In this document: piece by piece, positions 52,103 through 61,009 of the stretch
How positions within the stretch are numbered: position 1 is the stretch's first letter
Layout of the letters: every line of letters begins with the position of its first letter
Origin: Candidatus Latescibacterota bacterium
GTDB lineage: Bacteria > Latescibacterota > UBA2968 > UBA8231
Length of the DNA stretch: 64,000 bases
NCBI GenBank assembly: GCA_965221775.1
Contig: CBDCSU010000004.1
Location: 576,001-640,000, forward strand
Direction of reading: 5' to 3'
The notes under the pieces: model-generated
Told to the model about the DNA's origin: nothing
The model's database searches: none
What the model saw: the letters and a program-made list of their open reading frames with translations, nothing else
Program-made: the position numbers and the translations under genes

Positions 52103-53406
52103 CCGGCATCCTCCTCGAGATCGATCCTGGCCCCGAGCCCGATGAGGTCCGGGAAGAACCCGGGGTAGGACTTGCCCACGGTCTGGGCGTCGCGCACGGC
52201 CACGCCTTGGCGGCTGCGCAGTCCCATGATGGCGAGCATCTGCGCCACCCGGTGGTCGTGGTAGGTGCCGGCCTCGTGGCCGCCTTCGTAGCCCTGCGGG
52301 CGGCCGCGCACGACGATCGCCGCCGGCTCCTCGTCGCAGTCGACGCCGAAGCGACGCAACTCGCGCACGGGGACGGATATCCGGTCGCACTCCTTGAGCC
52401 GCAGGTTGCCGATGCCGTGGAACCGGCTCGTGCCCCGGGCGTGGGCGGCCACCGGCAGCATGGCCAGCACGGCATCGGTGGCCTGGTCGCCGTCGAAGTC
52501 GGCCCCGCGCAGCCCGTCGTGGCCCCTCAGGCGGACCCGCCCGCCGTCGTGGGAGATGGCGGCCCCGGCCCGCGCCAGCCAGTCGACGACGGCGCGCTCC
52601 CCCTGGCGGTCCTCGAAGAGGCGCTCCACGGCGATGGAGCCGTTGGTGAGGGCGCCCGCCGCCAGGATCGCCGCCGCCGACGGATAGTCCCCGTTGACGG
52701 AGTACTCGCGCGGCCGGTAGCTCTGCCCGCCGGCGATCCGGAAGCTCAGGAGATCCTCCGCGGCCTGCACCTCGATCCCGGCGCTGCCGAGGACCTCGAG
52801 GGTGGTGCGAACCAGGGGCCTGGAGACGAGCCCGTCGGCGACCTCGATGGCCAGCTCCTGGCCCACCAGGGGCGCCAGGAACAGCAGCGAGCTCAGGAAC
52901 TGGGAACTGCGGGCGCCGCTGACGCGCACGGTGCCGCCGCGCAGGGCGCCTCCCCGAATCGTGGCCGGCAGGCGCCCCCCGGCCGACTCCACGCGGGCCC
53001 CGAGTTGCCCGAGAGCGGCGAACAGCTCGTCGTGGGGCCGCGTCCCCAGGGAGTCGGCGAAGGAGGTCTCGAAACGGACCTCCGGAAGCAGCGCCCCAAC
53101 CCCCATGAGGAGGCGCGAGACGGCGCCGGCGTTGCCCACGTCCAGGACCCCCGGACTGGCGGGACGGGCCCCGAAGCCGCGCACTCGCAGATGACGGCCG
53201 CCGGCGTCCGCCTCCTCGCGGATCGAGGCGCCGAGGAGGCGCAGGCAGCGCACGAGAGCGTCGGCATCCTCCGAGCGGGCGGGATGATGGACGAGGCTCT
53301 CCCCATCGGCCAGGGCCGCCGCCAGCAGGTATCGGGCGGTGTAGTTCTTCGAGGACGGAGGGCTGAGTGTCCCGCTCAGGGACTCCGTGTAGTGGACTCT
53401 CGCCAT
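52099..53406 (-). CDS. aroA: 3-phosphoshikimate 1-carboxyvinyltransferase (EPSP synthase)
   Basis: PSSKNYTAR, GNAG, SSQFLSSL, LRLKECDRI, DHRVA, KSYPGFF. Confidence 0.92.
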   Translation of the reverse strand: MARVHYTESLSGTLSPPSSKNYTARYLLAAALADGESLVHHPARSEDADALVRCLRLLGASIREEADAGGRHLRVRGFGARPASPGVLDVGNAGAVSRLLMGVGALLPEVRFETSFADSLGTRPHDELFAALGQLGARVESAGGRLPATIRGGALRGGTVRVSGARSSQFLSSLLFLAPLVGQELAIEVADGLVSRPLVRTTLEVLGSAGIEVQAAEDLLSFRIAGGQSYRPREYSVNGDYPSAAAILAAGALTNGSIAVERLFEDRQGERAVVDWLARAGAAISHDGGRVRLRGHDGLRGADFDGDQATDAVLAMLPVAAHARGTSRFHGIGNLRLKECDRISVPVRELRRFGVDCDEEPAAIVVRGRPQGYEGGHEAGTYHDHRVAQMLAIMGLRSRQGVAVRDAQTVGKSYPGFFPDLIGLGARIDLEEDAG

Positions 53407-53413
53407 CAAGGGA

Positions 53414-54439
53414 TCAGAAGGCTCCCGTCCGCGACTCGTAGCGCGTCGGCTTGCCGAGGCTGGCGCCGCCGATACGAACCCAGTGCGCCATCCACTCGAC
53501 GACCGTGTCGATGGGGGTGCCGGGAGGTCCCAGCCGCTCCCTGAGGGCGGAGCTGTCGCCGAGGAGAGCGGTCTCGCCCTCGTGGCCCACGAACCGCGGC
53601 TCCCGGCGGAGAAGCTCGCCGAAGCGCTGCGCCAGGCGGCGCACGGAGAGCACCTCGGAGCCGGTCAGGTTGAGCGTCGTCGGCGGATTCGTGCACAAGG
53701 GAAGGGAGCGGGCCAGGTAGGCGTTGGCGTCTCCCTGCCAGATCTGGTTCACGTGTCCCATCTCCAGCTCCACCGGCTCCCCGGACCACACCTTCCAGGC
53801 GATGTCGTGGAGGATGCCGTAACGCAGTTCGGTCGCATAGAACAGACGCGCCGTGAACAGACGGGCTCCCGAGGTCCGCGCCGCGTGCTCGGCGAGTCTC
53901 TCCCCGCCGAGGCGGGACTGGGCGTACTCCCCCACCGGACCCGTCGCGTCCGACTCGGCGGCCCCGCGGCCGTCGACGGAGGAGAAGGCGTAGACGTTCC
54001 CCGAACTGACGTAGCAGATCTCGGCATCGCCGTAGCGCTCGACGGCGCGGGCGGGCAGGAGCCCGTTCACCGCCCAGGTCGCGCAGGGATCCCCCTGGGC
54101 ACCGAACTTGAAGCCCGCCAGGAGGAAGACGTGGGCCGCCTCCGGAAGAGAGGCCAGGGAGCCGCCGTCGAGCAGGTCGGCGCGGAGGGTGGTGACGCCG
54201 ATCTCGTCGAGGCGGGCGCGGGCGGCAGGGTCCGAGAAGCGGGCCACGCCGATGACCCGGCGGCCCCCTTCGGCGGCCCCGGCGCGCACCAGGAGCTCCG
54301 CCAGGGAGGGGCCCATCTTGCCTCCCACGCCGAGAAGGACCACGTCGCCGCGGTACTTCGAGACGGCGTCGCGCACGGCGGGCGTGGGCCGGGTCATGAC
54401 CTCGAGCAGCTCTTCCTCGGTCCGGGGCGGATGCGCCAT
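53414..54439 (-). CDS. NAD-dependent epimerase/dehydratase
   Basis: GVGGKMG, SSGNVY, EYAQSRLG, NQIWQGDA. Confidence 0.8.
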   Translation of the reverse strand: MAHPPRTEEELLEVMTRPTPAVRDAVSKYRGDVVLLGVGGKMGPSLAELLVRAGAAEGGRRVIGVARFSDPAARARLDEIGVTTLRADLLDGGSLASLPEAAHVFLLAGFKFGAQGDPCATWAVNGLLPARAVERYGDAEICYVSSGNVYAFSSVDGRGAAESDATGPVGEYAQSRLGGERLAEHAARTSGARLFTARLFYATELRYGILHDIAWKVWSGEPVELEMGHVNQIWQGDANAYLARSLPLCTNPPTTLNLTGSEVLSVRRLAQRFGELLRREPRFVGHEGETALLGDSSALRERLGPPGTPIDTVVEWMAHWVRIGGASLGKPTRYESRTGAF

Positions 54440-54522
54440 CCCCTTGCAGCCCTTTGCGTTGTGAGTCTCCTGGGAGGCCTCTATCTTACGGCCCGCCGCC
54501 GATGCGGTCGAGTGACTCCCCC

Positions 54523-56793
54523 ATGTCGGATGCCCAGCGAAAGCCGCCTTCGCGCAAGTCCCTCGATCTCTTCGAGGCCGGCCGGCGCGACGCCCTCGAG
54601 CGCGACCAGCCGCTGGCGGCGCGCCTGCGGCCGCGCACCCTCGACGAGTTCGTCGGCCAGGACCACATCCTGGGTCCCGGCCGCCTCCTGAGGCGCGCCA
54701 TCCAGGCCGATCAGCTATCCTCCCTGATCTTCCATGGCCCGCCGGGGACCGGCAAGACGACGCTGGCCGCGGTCATCGCCAACACGACCAAGTCCCACTT
54801 CATCTCCATCAACGCCGTCCTCTCCGGGGTCGCCGACATCCGCAGCGCCGTGGAGGAGGCCCAGGAGCGGCGCCAGCTCCACGGCCACCGGACGACCTTG
54901 TTCATCGACGAGGTCCACCGCTTCAACAAGGCCCAGCAGGACGCGCTGCTGCCCTGGGTCGAGAACGGCACGGTGGTGCTCATCGGCGCGACGACGGAGA
55001 ACCCCTACTTCTCGGTCAACCGGCCCCTGGTGTCGCGCAGCCGCCTCTTCCAGTTGCGCGAGCTCGAGTCCGGCGACCTCCACCGCATCGCCCGCCAGGC
55101 CCTGCAGGATCCCCGGGGCTACGCCGACCTGCGGGTCGACCTCCACGAGGACGCGGTCGCCCATCTGGTCGATGTCTGCAGCGGCGACGCCCGGGCCCTG
55201 CTCAACGCCCTCGAGCTGGCGGTGGAGACGACGCCCCGGGATGCGGAAGGGGTGGTCCACGTCGACCTGGCCGTGGCCGAAGAGTCGATCCAGCGGCGCG
55301 CCGTCCTCTACGACAAGGAGGGCGACTACCACTTCGACACGATCTCCGCCCTCATCAAGTCCCTGCGCGGGTCCGACCCCGACGCCGCCGTGTACTGGCT
55401 GGCGCGCATGGTCTACGCCGGGGAGGACCCCCACTTCCTGTTCCGGCGCATGCTGATCTTCGCCAGCGAGGACGTGGGCCTGGCCGACCCCGAAGCCCTG
55501 GGGGTGGTCACCGCCGCGGCGGAGGCCTTCGACCGGGTCGGCCTGCCCGAGGGGCGGTTCCATCTCGCCCACGCCGCCCTCTACCTGGCCACGGCGCCGA
55601 AGAGCAACTCCACCTTCGCCTTCTTCGACGCTCTCGCCGCCGTCGAGGCGGAGGGCGACGGAGAGGTGCCGAATCCGCTCAAGGACGCCAGCCGGGACGC
55701 CGAGGGGCTCGGCCACGGGGCCGGTTACCTCTATCCCCACGCCTACCGCGACCACTGGGTGGCGCAGCAGTACCTGCCCGACAGCCTCCATGGACGCCTG
55801 TTCTACCAGCCTTCGGACCAGGGCCGGGAGCGCGACCTCGGGGACCGTGTCCGGCGGCGCCGGGAGCTGCAGCTGGCCGCGGCGGCCGAGGCCGGCACCG
55901 GCGGCGTCGACCCCCTCACCCACTCCCCCGAGGACCGGTCCCGCGACCAGTGGCTGGTGCGCGCCGGCGGCGAGGTGAGCGCCCAGCTCGACCATGTGCG
56001 GCAGCGGCTCTTCGCCTCGGTGAAGCTCGCCCGCCACCACGTCGTCCTCGACCTGGACGCGGCCTCGGGGCTGCTCACCTGGGAGGCCCTGCGCCGCGTC
56101 CCCGAGGGCGGCGTCTGGTCCCTGTGCACGGACCGCACCTCGGCCGTCGCCCTGCGGGAGATGGCCAGCCTTTCCCTCGACGAGCTGACCCGCCCCGTGG
56201 TCCTGGAGGGGCCCGTCACCCGGGCGGCGGAGCTGGTGAGGCTGCAGGACGAGGGCCTGCGCTTCGACGCCGTCCTCGGGCGCAACACCCTCGGCAGCGT
56301 GAGGGGCCGGGAGAAGGCGGCGCGGCGGATCGTGGAGCTCCTCGCTCCGGGAGCCGTCCTCAGCCTCGCGGAGACGGTCCCCCGGCTCGGCCAGCGGCTG
56401 ACGGCCCTGGTGCCGGTGGCCGAGCTGGGCGAGGACCTGGCCGAGCGGCTGCACCGCGCCGAGGAAGAGATCTATCGGGACGAGGACAACCCGCGCGTGG
56501 CCTGGGCACCGGCCGACCTGGAGCCCCTGTGGTCGGAGGCCGGCCTGACCTCGGTGCGGGTCGAGACCGAGGTCCTGACCGCCTCCCGGCGGCTCGGCAG
56601 CCGGGAGCTGGGAAGGTGGTTCAGCCCCGGAGGCGAGAAGCACGGCACCTTCGCCGCCTACCTGCGCCGGCACCTCTGCGAGGACGAGGTCCGCCAGGTG
56701 CGGCGACTCTTCGAGGGCAGGCTGACGAACCGGGAGGTCGACTGGTCGACGACCTACGCCTACGTAAGCGGCCGGGCGGCCGGTGGGGCCTGA
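54523..56793 (+). CDS. rarA: replication-associated recombination ATPase RarA/MgsA with C-terminal methyltransferase-like domain (start uncertain)
   Basis: PLAARLRP, GPPGTGKTT, DEVHRFNKAQQD, IGATTENP, KSLRGSDPDAA. Confidence 0.9.
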   Translation: MSDAQRKPPSRKSLDLFEAGRRDALERDQPLAARLRPRTLDEFVGQDHILGPGRLLRRAIQADQLSSLIFHGPPGTGKTTLAAVIANTTKSHFISINAVLSGVADIRSAVEEAQERRQLHGHRTTLFIDEVHRFNKAQQDALLPWVENGTVVLIGATTENPYFSVNRPLVSRSRLFQLRELESGDLHRIARQALQDPRGYADLRVDLHEDAVAHLVDVCSGDARALLNALELAVETTPRDAEGVVHVDLAVAEESIQRRAVLYDKEGDYHFDTISALIKSLRGSDPDAAVYWLARMVYAGEDPHFLFRRMLIFASEDVGLADPEALGVVTAAAEAFDRVGLPEGRFHLAHAALYLATAPKSNSTFAFFDALAAVEAEGDGEVPNPLKDASRDAEGLGHGAGYLYPHAYRDHWVAQQYLPDSLHGRLFYQPSDQGRERDLGDRVRRRRELQLAAAAEAGTGGVDPLTHSPEDRSRDQWLVRAGGEVSAQLDHVRQRLFASVKLARHHVVLDLDAASGLLTWEALRRVPEGGVWSLCTDRTSAVALREMASLSLDELTRPVVLEGPVTRAAELVRLQDEGLRFDAVLGRNTLGSVRGREKAARRIVELLAPGAVLSLAETVPRLGQRLTALVPVAELGEDLAERLHRAEEEIYRDEDNPRVAWAPADLEPLWSEAGLTSVRVETEVLTASRRLGSRELGRWFSPGGEKHGTFAAYLRRHLCEDEVRQVRRLFEGRLTNREVDWSTTYAYVSGRAAGGA

Positions 56794-56815
56794 ATCGAGG
56801 CCGGTGGACCCGGCC

Positions 56816-57391
56816 TCAGCCGCCCGCCGGCGCCCGGTCGATGAGGGCACCGGCCGCCTGGCGCAGGCCGTCGAAGCGACGCAGCAGGTCCGCCGGACCG
56901 ACCCCCTGCTGGTCGAAGAACTCCCGGAAGTGATGGGGCAGCACCGGCAGCACCTGCTCCAGCAGTGAATAGAGGAGCGGGGCGGTGCGGGTCCCGGCCA
57001 GCCAGCCCGGACCCTCCGGCAGATAGCGGCCCACGAGCAGCACCAGCACCATCAGCACCTGGACCCCGACGAGCGCTCCCAGGAGGGCGCCGAGGACCCG
57101 GTCGACCACGCCCAGGAGCATGGCGTAGACCACGCTCCTCAGGACCCGGGCCAGGAGGTTGACCGAGAGCGCCACGGCCACGAAGACGACCGTGAAGGCG
57201 GCTGCCAGCCGCAGGACGGGGTGCCCGAAGGAAGGCATCATCGCCGCCGCGGCGCTGTGCAGGTAGAGGCCGCCGAGGAGGCCCAGCGAGACCGCCAGCA
57301 GGGCCGAGACCTGCTGGATCAGGCCCCGGCCGTAGCCGCGCACGGCCAGGGCGATCACCAGGACCGCGGCGATTCCGTCGCACCAGTGCAT
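56816..57391 (-). CDS. cvpA: CvpA family membrane protein
   Basis: GYGRGLI, DRVLGALLG, four transmembrane segments. Confidence 0.85.
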   Translation of the reverse strand: MHWCDGIAAVLVIALAVRGYGRGLIQQVSALLAVSLGLLGGLYLHSAAAAMMPSFGHPVLRLAAAFTVVFVAVALSVNLLARVLRSVVYAMLLGVVDRVLGALLGALVGVQVLMVLVLLVGRYLPEGPGWLAGTRTAPLLYSLLEQVLPVLPHHFREFFDQQGVGPADLLRRFDGLRQAAGALIDRAPAGG

Positions 57392-57467
57392 CTATATGGA
57401 ACGGCCTCCGGCGGGGGCTGCGTGGGAGGTTGCCACCTTCGGCGGGGGCGCAATAGATTAGCCGCCC

Positions 57468-58736
57468 ATGCCGGTTCACCGCGACAAGGTACGCTGCAAG
57501 GTGCGCCTTCCCCATTCCCCGGGCCCGAAGTCGTGGAGCCGCGGTCTGTTCTGGCTGCTCCCCCTCGCCTTGTGCGCCTGCTCGACGACGGAGGAGCAGG
57601 TGCGGCGGCACATCGAGATCACCGCCGCCAACGAAGTCCACTCCGAGCGCTGGGCCGCGGCCGTGGACGAGCTCGCTGCCATCGGACGCCCCGCCGCGCG
57701 CCAGCTCCTGGCTCTCCTCGACCCCGCCCAGTACCGCGGGGTCGACTACCGCGAGTTCCGCGACGAGATCGAGAACACGCGCACCGCCGCCGCCGTGGTG
57801 CTGGGCCGCATCCGGCACCGGGCGGCCTCGGCCAGCATGCACGCCCGCATCACCACCGCCTACCGCCACAACGAGCGCATCGCCTGCCTCCGGGGGGTCG
57901 GCGACCTGGGCTTCACCGAGGCGGCGGTGAAGGATCTCCGGGCCCAGCTCGCCGATGCCGACCCCGTCATCCGGCTGCTGGCCGCCATCTCCCTGGTCAA
58001 GCTCGGCGAGCTGGCGGCGCGCGACACGATCACCGCCGCCGTCGTCGAAGGCGGCGACGAGCTCGCGGAGATGGCGATCACGGAGCTGGAGGGCGCGAAC
58101 TACCACGGGGTCCCCGTCCTCGTCGATCTCCTTTCGCGGCAGGAGCACCGCCGGGAGCGCCTCGGCCAGGCCCTGGAGAAGGTCCGTGAGCAACTGGTGC
58201 GGCAACTCGAGGCCGACGACCCCGAGGTGCGCCGGGAGTCGGCGGCCGGTCTCGGCGAGATCGCCGATCCCAGGGTCGTCGAAGCCCTGGTGGGCATGCT
58301 CGCCGATCCGAGCAACCTGGTACGCTTCAACGCCGCCGCCTCCCTGGTCCGCCTCGGCGACCGGCGCGGCACCGAGTTCCTCTTCGGCGCCCTGGACGAT
58401 ACCGACGCCGTCCTGCGCCTGAACGCGATCAAGTCCCTGGTCCGCCTGCAGCAGTTGTCCGGACAGGTCGAGGACCGGCTCCTCGAGTGCCTGCGCTCGG
58501 ACAGCGCCCGGCTGCGTTCGGGGGCGGCGCAGATCCTCGGCCGGGCCGAGGTCGCCTCGGCCGTGGAGGACCTGCTCTCGACGGCGGACGACGCCGACCC
58601 CGAGGTGCGCTGCAACGTGGCTATCGCCCTGGGCCACATCGGCGCTCCGTCGAGCCGCGCGACCCTTGAACAGCTCGTGGGCGACCCCGATGAGACCGTC
58701 GCCTACTACGCCGGGTGGGCCCTGGAGCAGTTGTGA
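57468..58736 (+). CDS. HEAT-repeat protein, probable lipoprotein
   Basis: LCAC lipobox-like sequence; repeated D..P.VR..AA..LG units. Confidence 0.8.
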   Translation: MPVHRDKVRCKVRLPHSPGPKSWSRGLFWLLPLALCACSTTEEQVRRHIEITAANEVHSERWAAAVDELAAIGRPAARQLLALLDPAQYRGVDYREFRDEIENTRTAAAVVLGRIRHRAASASMHARITTAYRHNERIACLRGVGDLGFTEAAVKDLRAQLADADPVIRLLAAISLVKLGELAARDTITAAVVEGGDELAEMAITELEGANYHGVPVLVDLLSRQEHRRERLGQALEKVREQLVRQLEADDPEVRRESAAGLGEIADPRVVEALVGMLADPSNLVRFNAAASLVRLGDRRGTEFLFGALDDTDAVLRLNAIKSLVRLQQLSGQVEDRLLECLRSDSARLRSGAAQILGRAEVASAVEDLLSTADDADPEVRCNVAIALGHIGAPSSRATLEQLVGDPDETVAYYAGWALEQL

Positions 58737-59710
58737 TGGGAGGGCGCTTGCGCAACCTCTTCCTGCTGTCTTCGGCGGCCGCCCTCGTTTTCTCGTCAAC
58801 GGTTCTCGTGGCTCCCCTCGCCGCCTCGGAGACGGCGGAGACGGTGCTCATCCGCCAGATCCTGGAGAAGGACCGCTTCGGACGCCGCCGGGGAGACGCG
58901 GAGGTCGTCACCTACGGGTACGACAAGGACCGCTTCGTCGTCTACGACGGCGCCGGATCGATCGATGTCCGCGCCTGGACCGTCCGCCACTCCTCCCTGG
59001 AGGAGTACCAGGCCTCCCTCGAAGCCGACCTGGCGGCGAACCGGTACGACATCTCCCGCGCCGTCCTGTTCCTCACTGTCTGGAAGAACCGGGCTTTCGC
59101 CGCCACCCTCGACTCCGGCGTGGTCATCGACCGCGCCGGCGACAGCCGCCGCGGCTTCGTGCAACGCGCCATGTGGTCCTTCCTCAAGGAGGACGAGGAG
59201 TGGAAGGCCACCAGCCTCGTCATCGCCGTCGGAGACACGGCCGACGGAGGCGCCGCCGGCCGCGTGGAGGACCAGGAGGTCGCCGCCGCCCTGCAGGAGG
59301 ACGCCCGCAACTGGTCCGAGGGGAGCAAGGGCGACATTCTGAGCGGGGTGCAGGAGGACTTCGTCGGCAACGACTGCTACTACAGCTCGAATCCGGCCTC
59401 CTGGCTGACCGTCTTCGCCGGCCGCGAGGAGTTCGGCAAATGGCTGGAGCAGCGCCTCGAGCACGTCGACTACGACATCGAGCGCACCCTGCTCCACGCC
59501 GTCAGCCGGGGGGACGAAGCCGTGGCCGTCACCCGAGACCGGATCACGGTGACCTACACGGCCGGGGACGCACGCCTGGAGCAGGACCGCACCTCGGCCT
59601 GGCTGCTGACGCGGCGCGGCGGACGCTGGCGGGTCACCTGCGCGTGGTGGAAAGCCAAGTCCTTCGATCCGCCCGGAGCCCCGGAGGGCGCCCCCACCGC
59701 CCAGCGCTGA
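58736..59710 (+). CDS. exported protein with tandem NTF2/SnoaL-like domains
   Basis: Signal peptide; two similar halves ending in W(S/L).L.(K/R)....W(K/R). Confidence 0.6.
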   Translation: MGGRLRNLFLLSSAAALVFSSTVLVAPLAASETAETVLIRQILEKDRFGRRRGDAEVVTYGYDKDRFVVYDGAGSIDVRAWTVRHSSLEEYQASLEADLAANRYDISRAVLFLTVWKNRAFAATLDSGVVIDRAGDSRRGFVQRAMWSFLKEDEEWKATSLVIAVGDTADGGAAGRVEDQEVAAALQEDARNWSEGSKGDILSGVQEDFVGNDCYYSSNPASWLTVFAGREEFGKWLEQRLEHVDYDIERTLLHAVSRGDEAVAVTRDRITVTYTAGDARLEQDRTSAWLLTRRGGRWRVTCAWWKAKSFDPPGAPEGAPTAQR

Positions 59711-59745
59711 CCCGCCTTTCCCGGACCTACGCTACCCGGGAACCC

Positions 59746-60990
59746 GTGTCCCACGGCCTCCACAACTACGAGAACACCAACCGCCTCTTCGACAAGGGCG
59801 CCGACGCCGTCGGCCTCGACGAGGACCTCCGCCTGCTGCTGAAGACGCCCTTCCGCGAGGTGATGGTCGAGGTGCCCGTGCGCATGTCGAGCGGCCGGAT
59901 CGAGGTCTTCCTGGGGTATCGGGTGCAGCACAGTGGCGCCCGCGGGCCGATGAAGGGCGGCCTGCGCTACCACCCCGAGGTCGACCTCGACGAGGTCCGC
60001 TCCCTGGCCTCGCTGATGACCTGGAAGACGGCCCTCCTGGACCTGCCCTTCGGCGGCGCCAAGGGCGGGATCACCTGCGATCCCCTGCAGATGACCGAGG
60101 ACGAGCTCGAACGCATGACGCGCCGGTTCACCTCGCGTATCGGGCTCGCCTGGGGATTGCACCGGGACATCCCGGCGCCGGACCTGAACACCGACCAACG
60201 CGTGATGGCCTGGATCATGGACGAGTACAGCCAGCGCCACGGCTATACCCCCGGGATCGTCACCGGGAAGCCCCTGGCCCTCGGCGGCTCCCCCGGCCGG
60301 GAAGCGGCCACCGGGCGCGGCGTCAGCATCGTCACCCGCGAAGCGGCCCGGGACTTCGGGATCGAGGTGAAGGGCGCGCGGGTGGCGATTCAGGGATTCG
60401 GCCAGGTCGGCTCCCATGCCGCCCGGGTCCTTCACCAGATGGGGGCCCGCATCGTCGCCGTGAGCGACCTCGGGGGAGGCCTCTTCGCCAGCGACGGCCT
60501 CCCCTTCCCCGACCTCTTCGAACACGCCCGCGAGCACCGCACGATCCAGGGACTCGGGACCGGTGAGAGGATCTCCAACGCCGACCTGCTCACCCTCGAC
60601 TGCGACATCCTGATCCCCGCCGCCCTCGGCGGCGCCATCACCGAGGAGAATGCGCGCCAGGTCGGGGCCTCGATGGTCGTGGAGGCGGCCAACTCGCCGG
60701 TGACGACCAGCGCCGACGCCATCCTCGAAGAGCGGGGCATCGGGGTGGTGCCCGACATCCTGGCCAACGCCGGAGGAGTCACCGTTTCCTACTTCGAGTG
60801 GGTCCAGAACATCCAGGCCCTGACCTGGGAGGAGGAGGACGTCAACGCCCGGCTCGAGGGCATGATGATTCGCGCCTACCGGAGCGTGGTGGAACGCATG
60901 CGGTCCCGCCGCATCCCGATGCGCACCGCCGCCTTCGCCCTGGCCATCGAGCGCGTGGCCGAGACCGAAACCCTGCGGGGCGGATTCTAA
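59746..60990 (+). CDS. gdhA: Glu/Leu/Phe/Val dehydrogenase (glutamate dehydrogenase)
   Basis: GYRVQH, GPMKGGLRYHP, PFGGAKGG, DIPAPD, QGFGQVG, NAGGVTVSYFEW. Confidence 0.92.
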   Translation: MSHGLHNYENTNRLFDKGADAVGLDEDLRLLLKTPFREVMVEVPVRMSSGRIEVFLGYRVQHSGARGPMKGGLRYHPEVDLDEVRSLASLMTWKTALLDLPFGGAKGGITCDPLQMTEDELERMTRRFTSRIGLAWGLHRDIPAPDLNTDQRVMAWIMDEYSQRHGYTPGIVTGKPLALGGSPGREAATGRGVSIVTREAARDFGIEVKGARVAIQGFGQVGSHAARVLHQMGARIVAVSDLGGGLFASDGLPFPDLFEHAREHRTIQGLGTGERISNADLLTLDCDILIPAALGGAITEENARQVGASMVVEAANSPVTTSADAILEERGIGVVPDILANAGGVTVSYFEWVQNIQALTWEEEDVNARLEGMMIRAYRSVVERMRSRRIPMRTAAFALAIERVAETETLRGGF

Positions 60991-61009
60991 ACCGGAAGGG
61001 CTGCAGACC

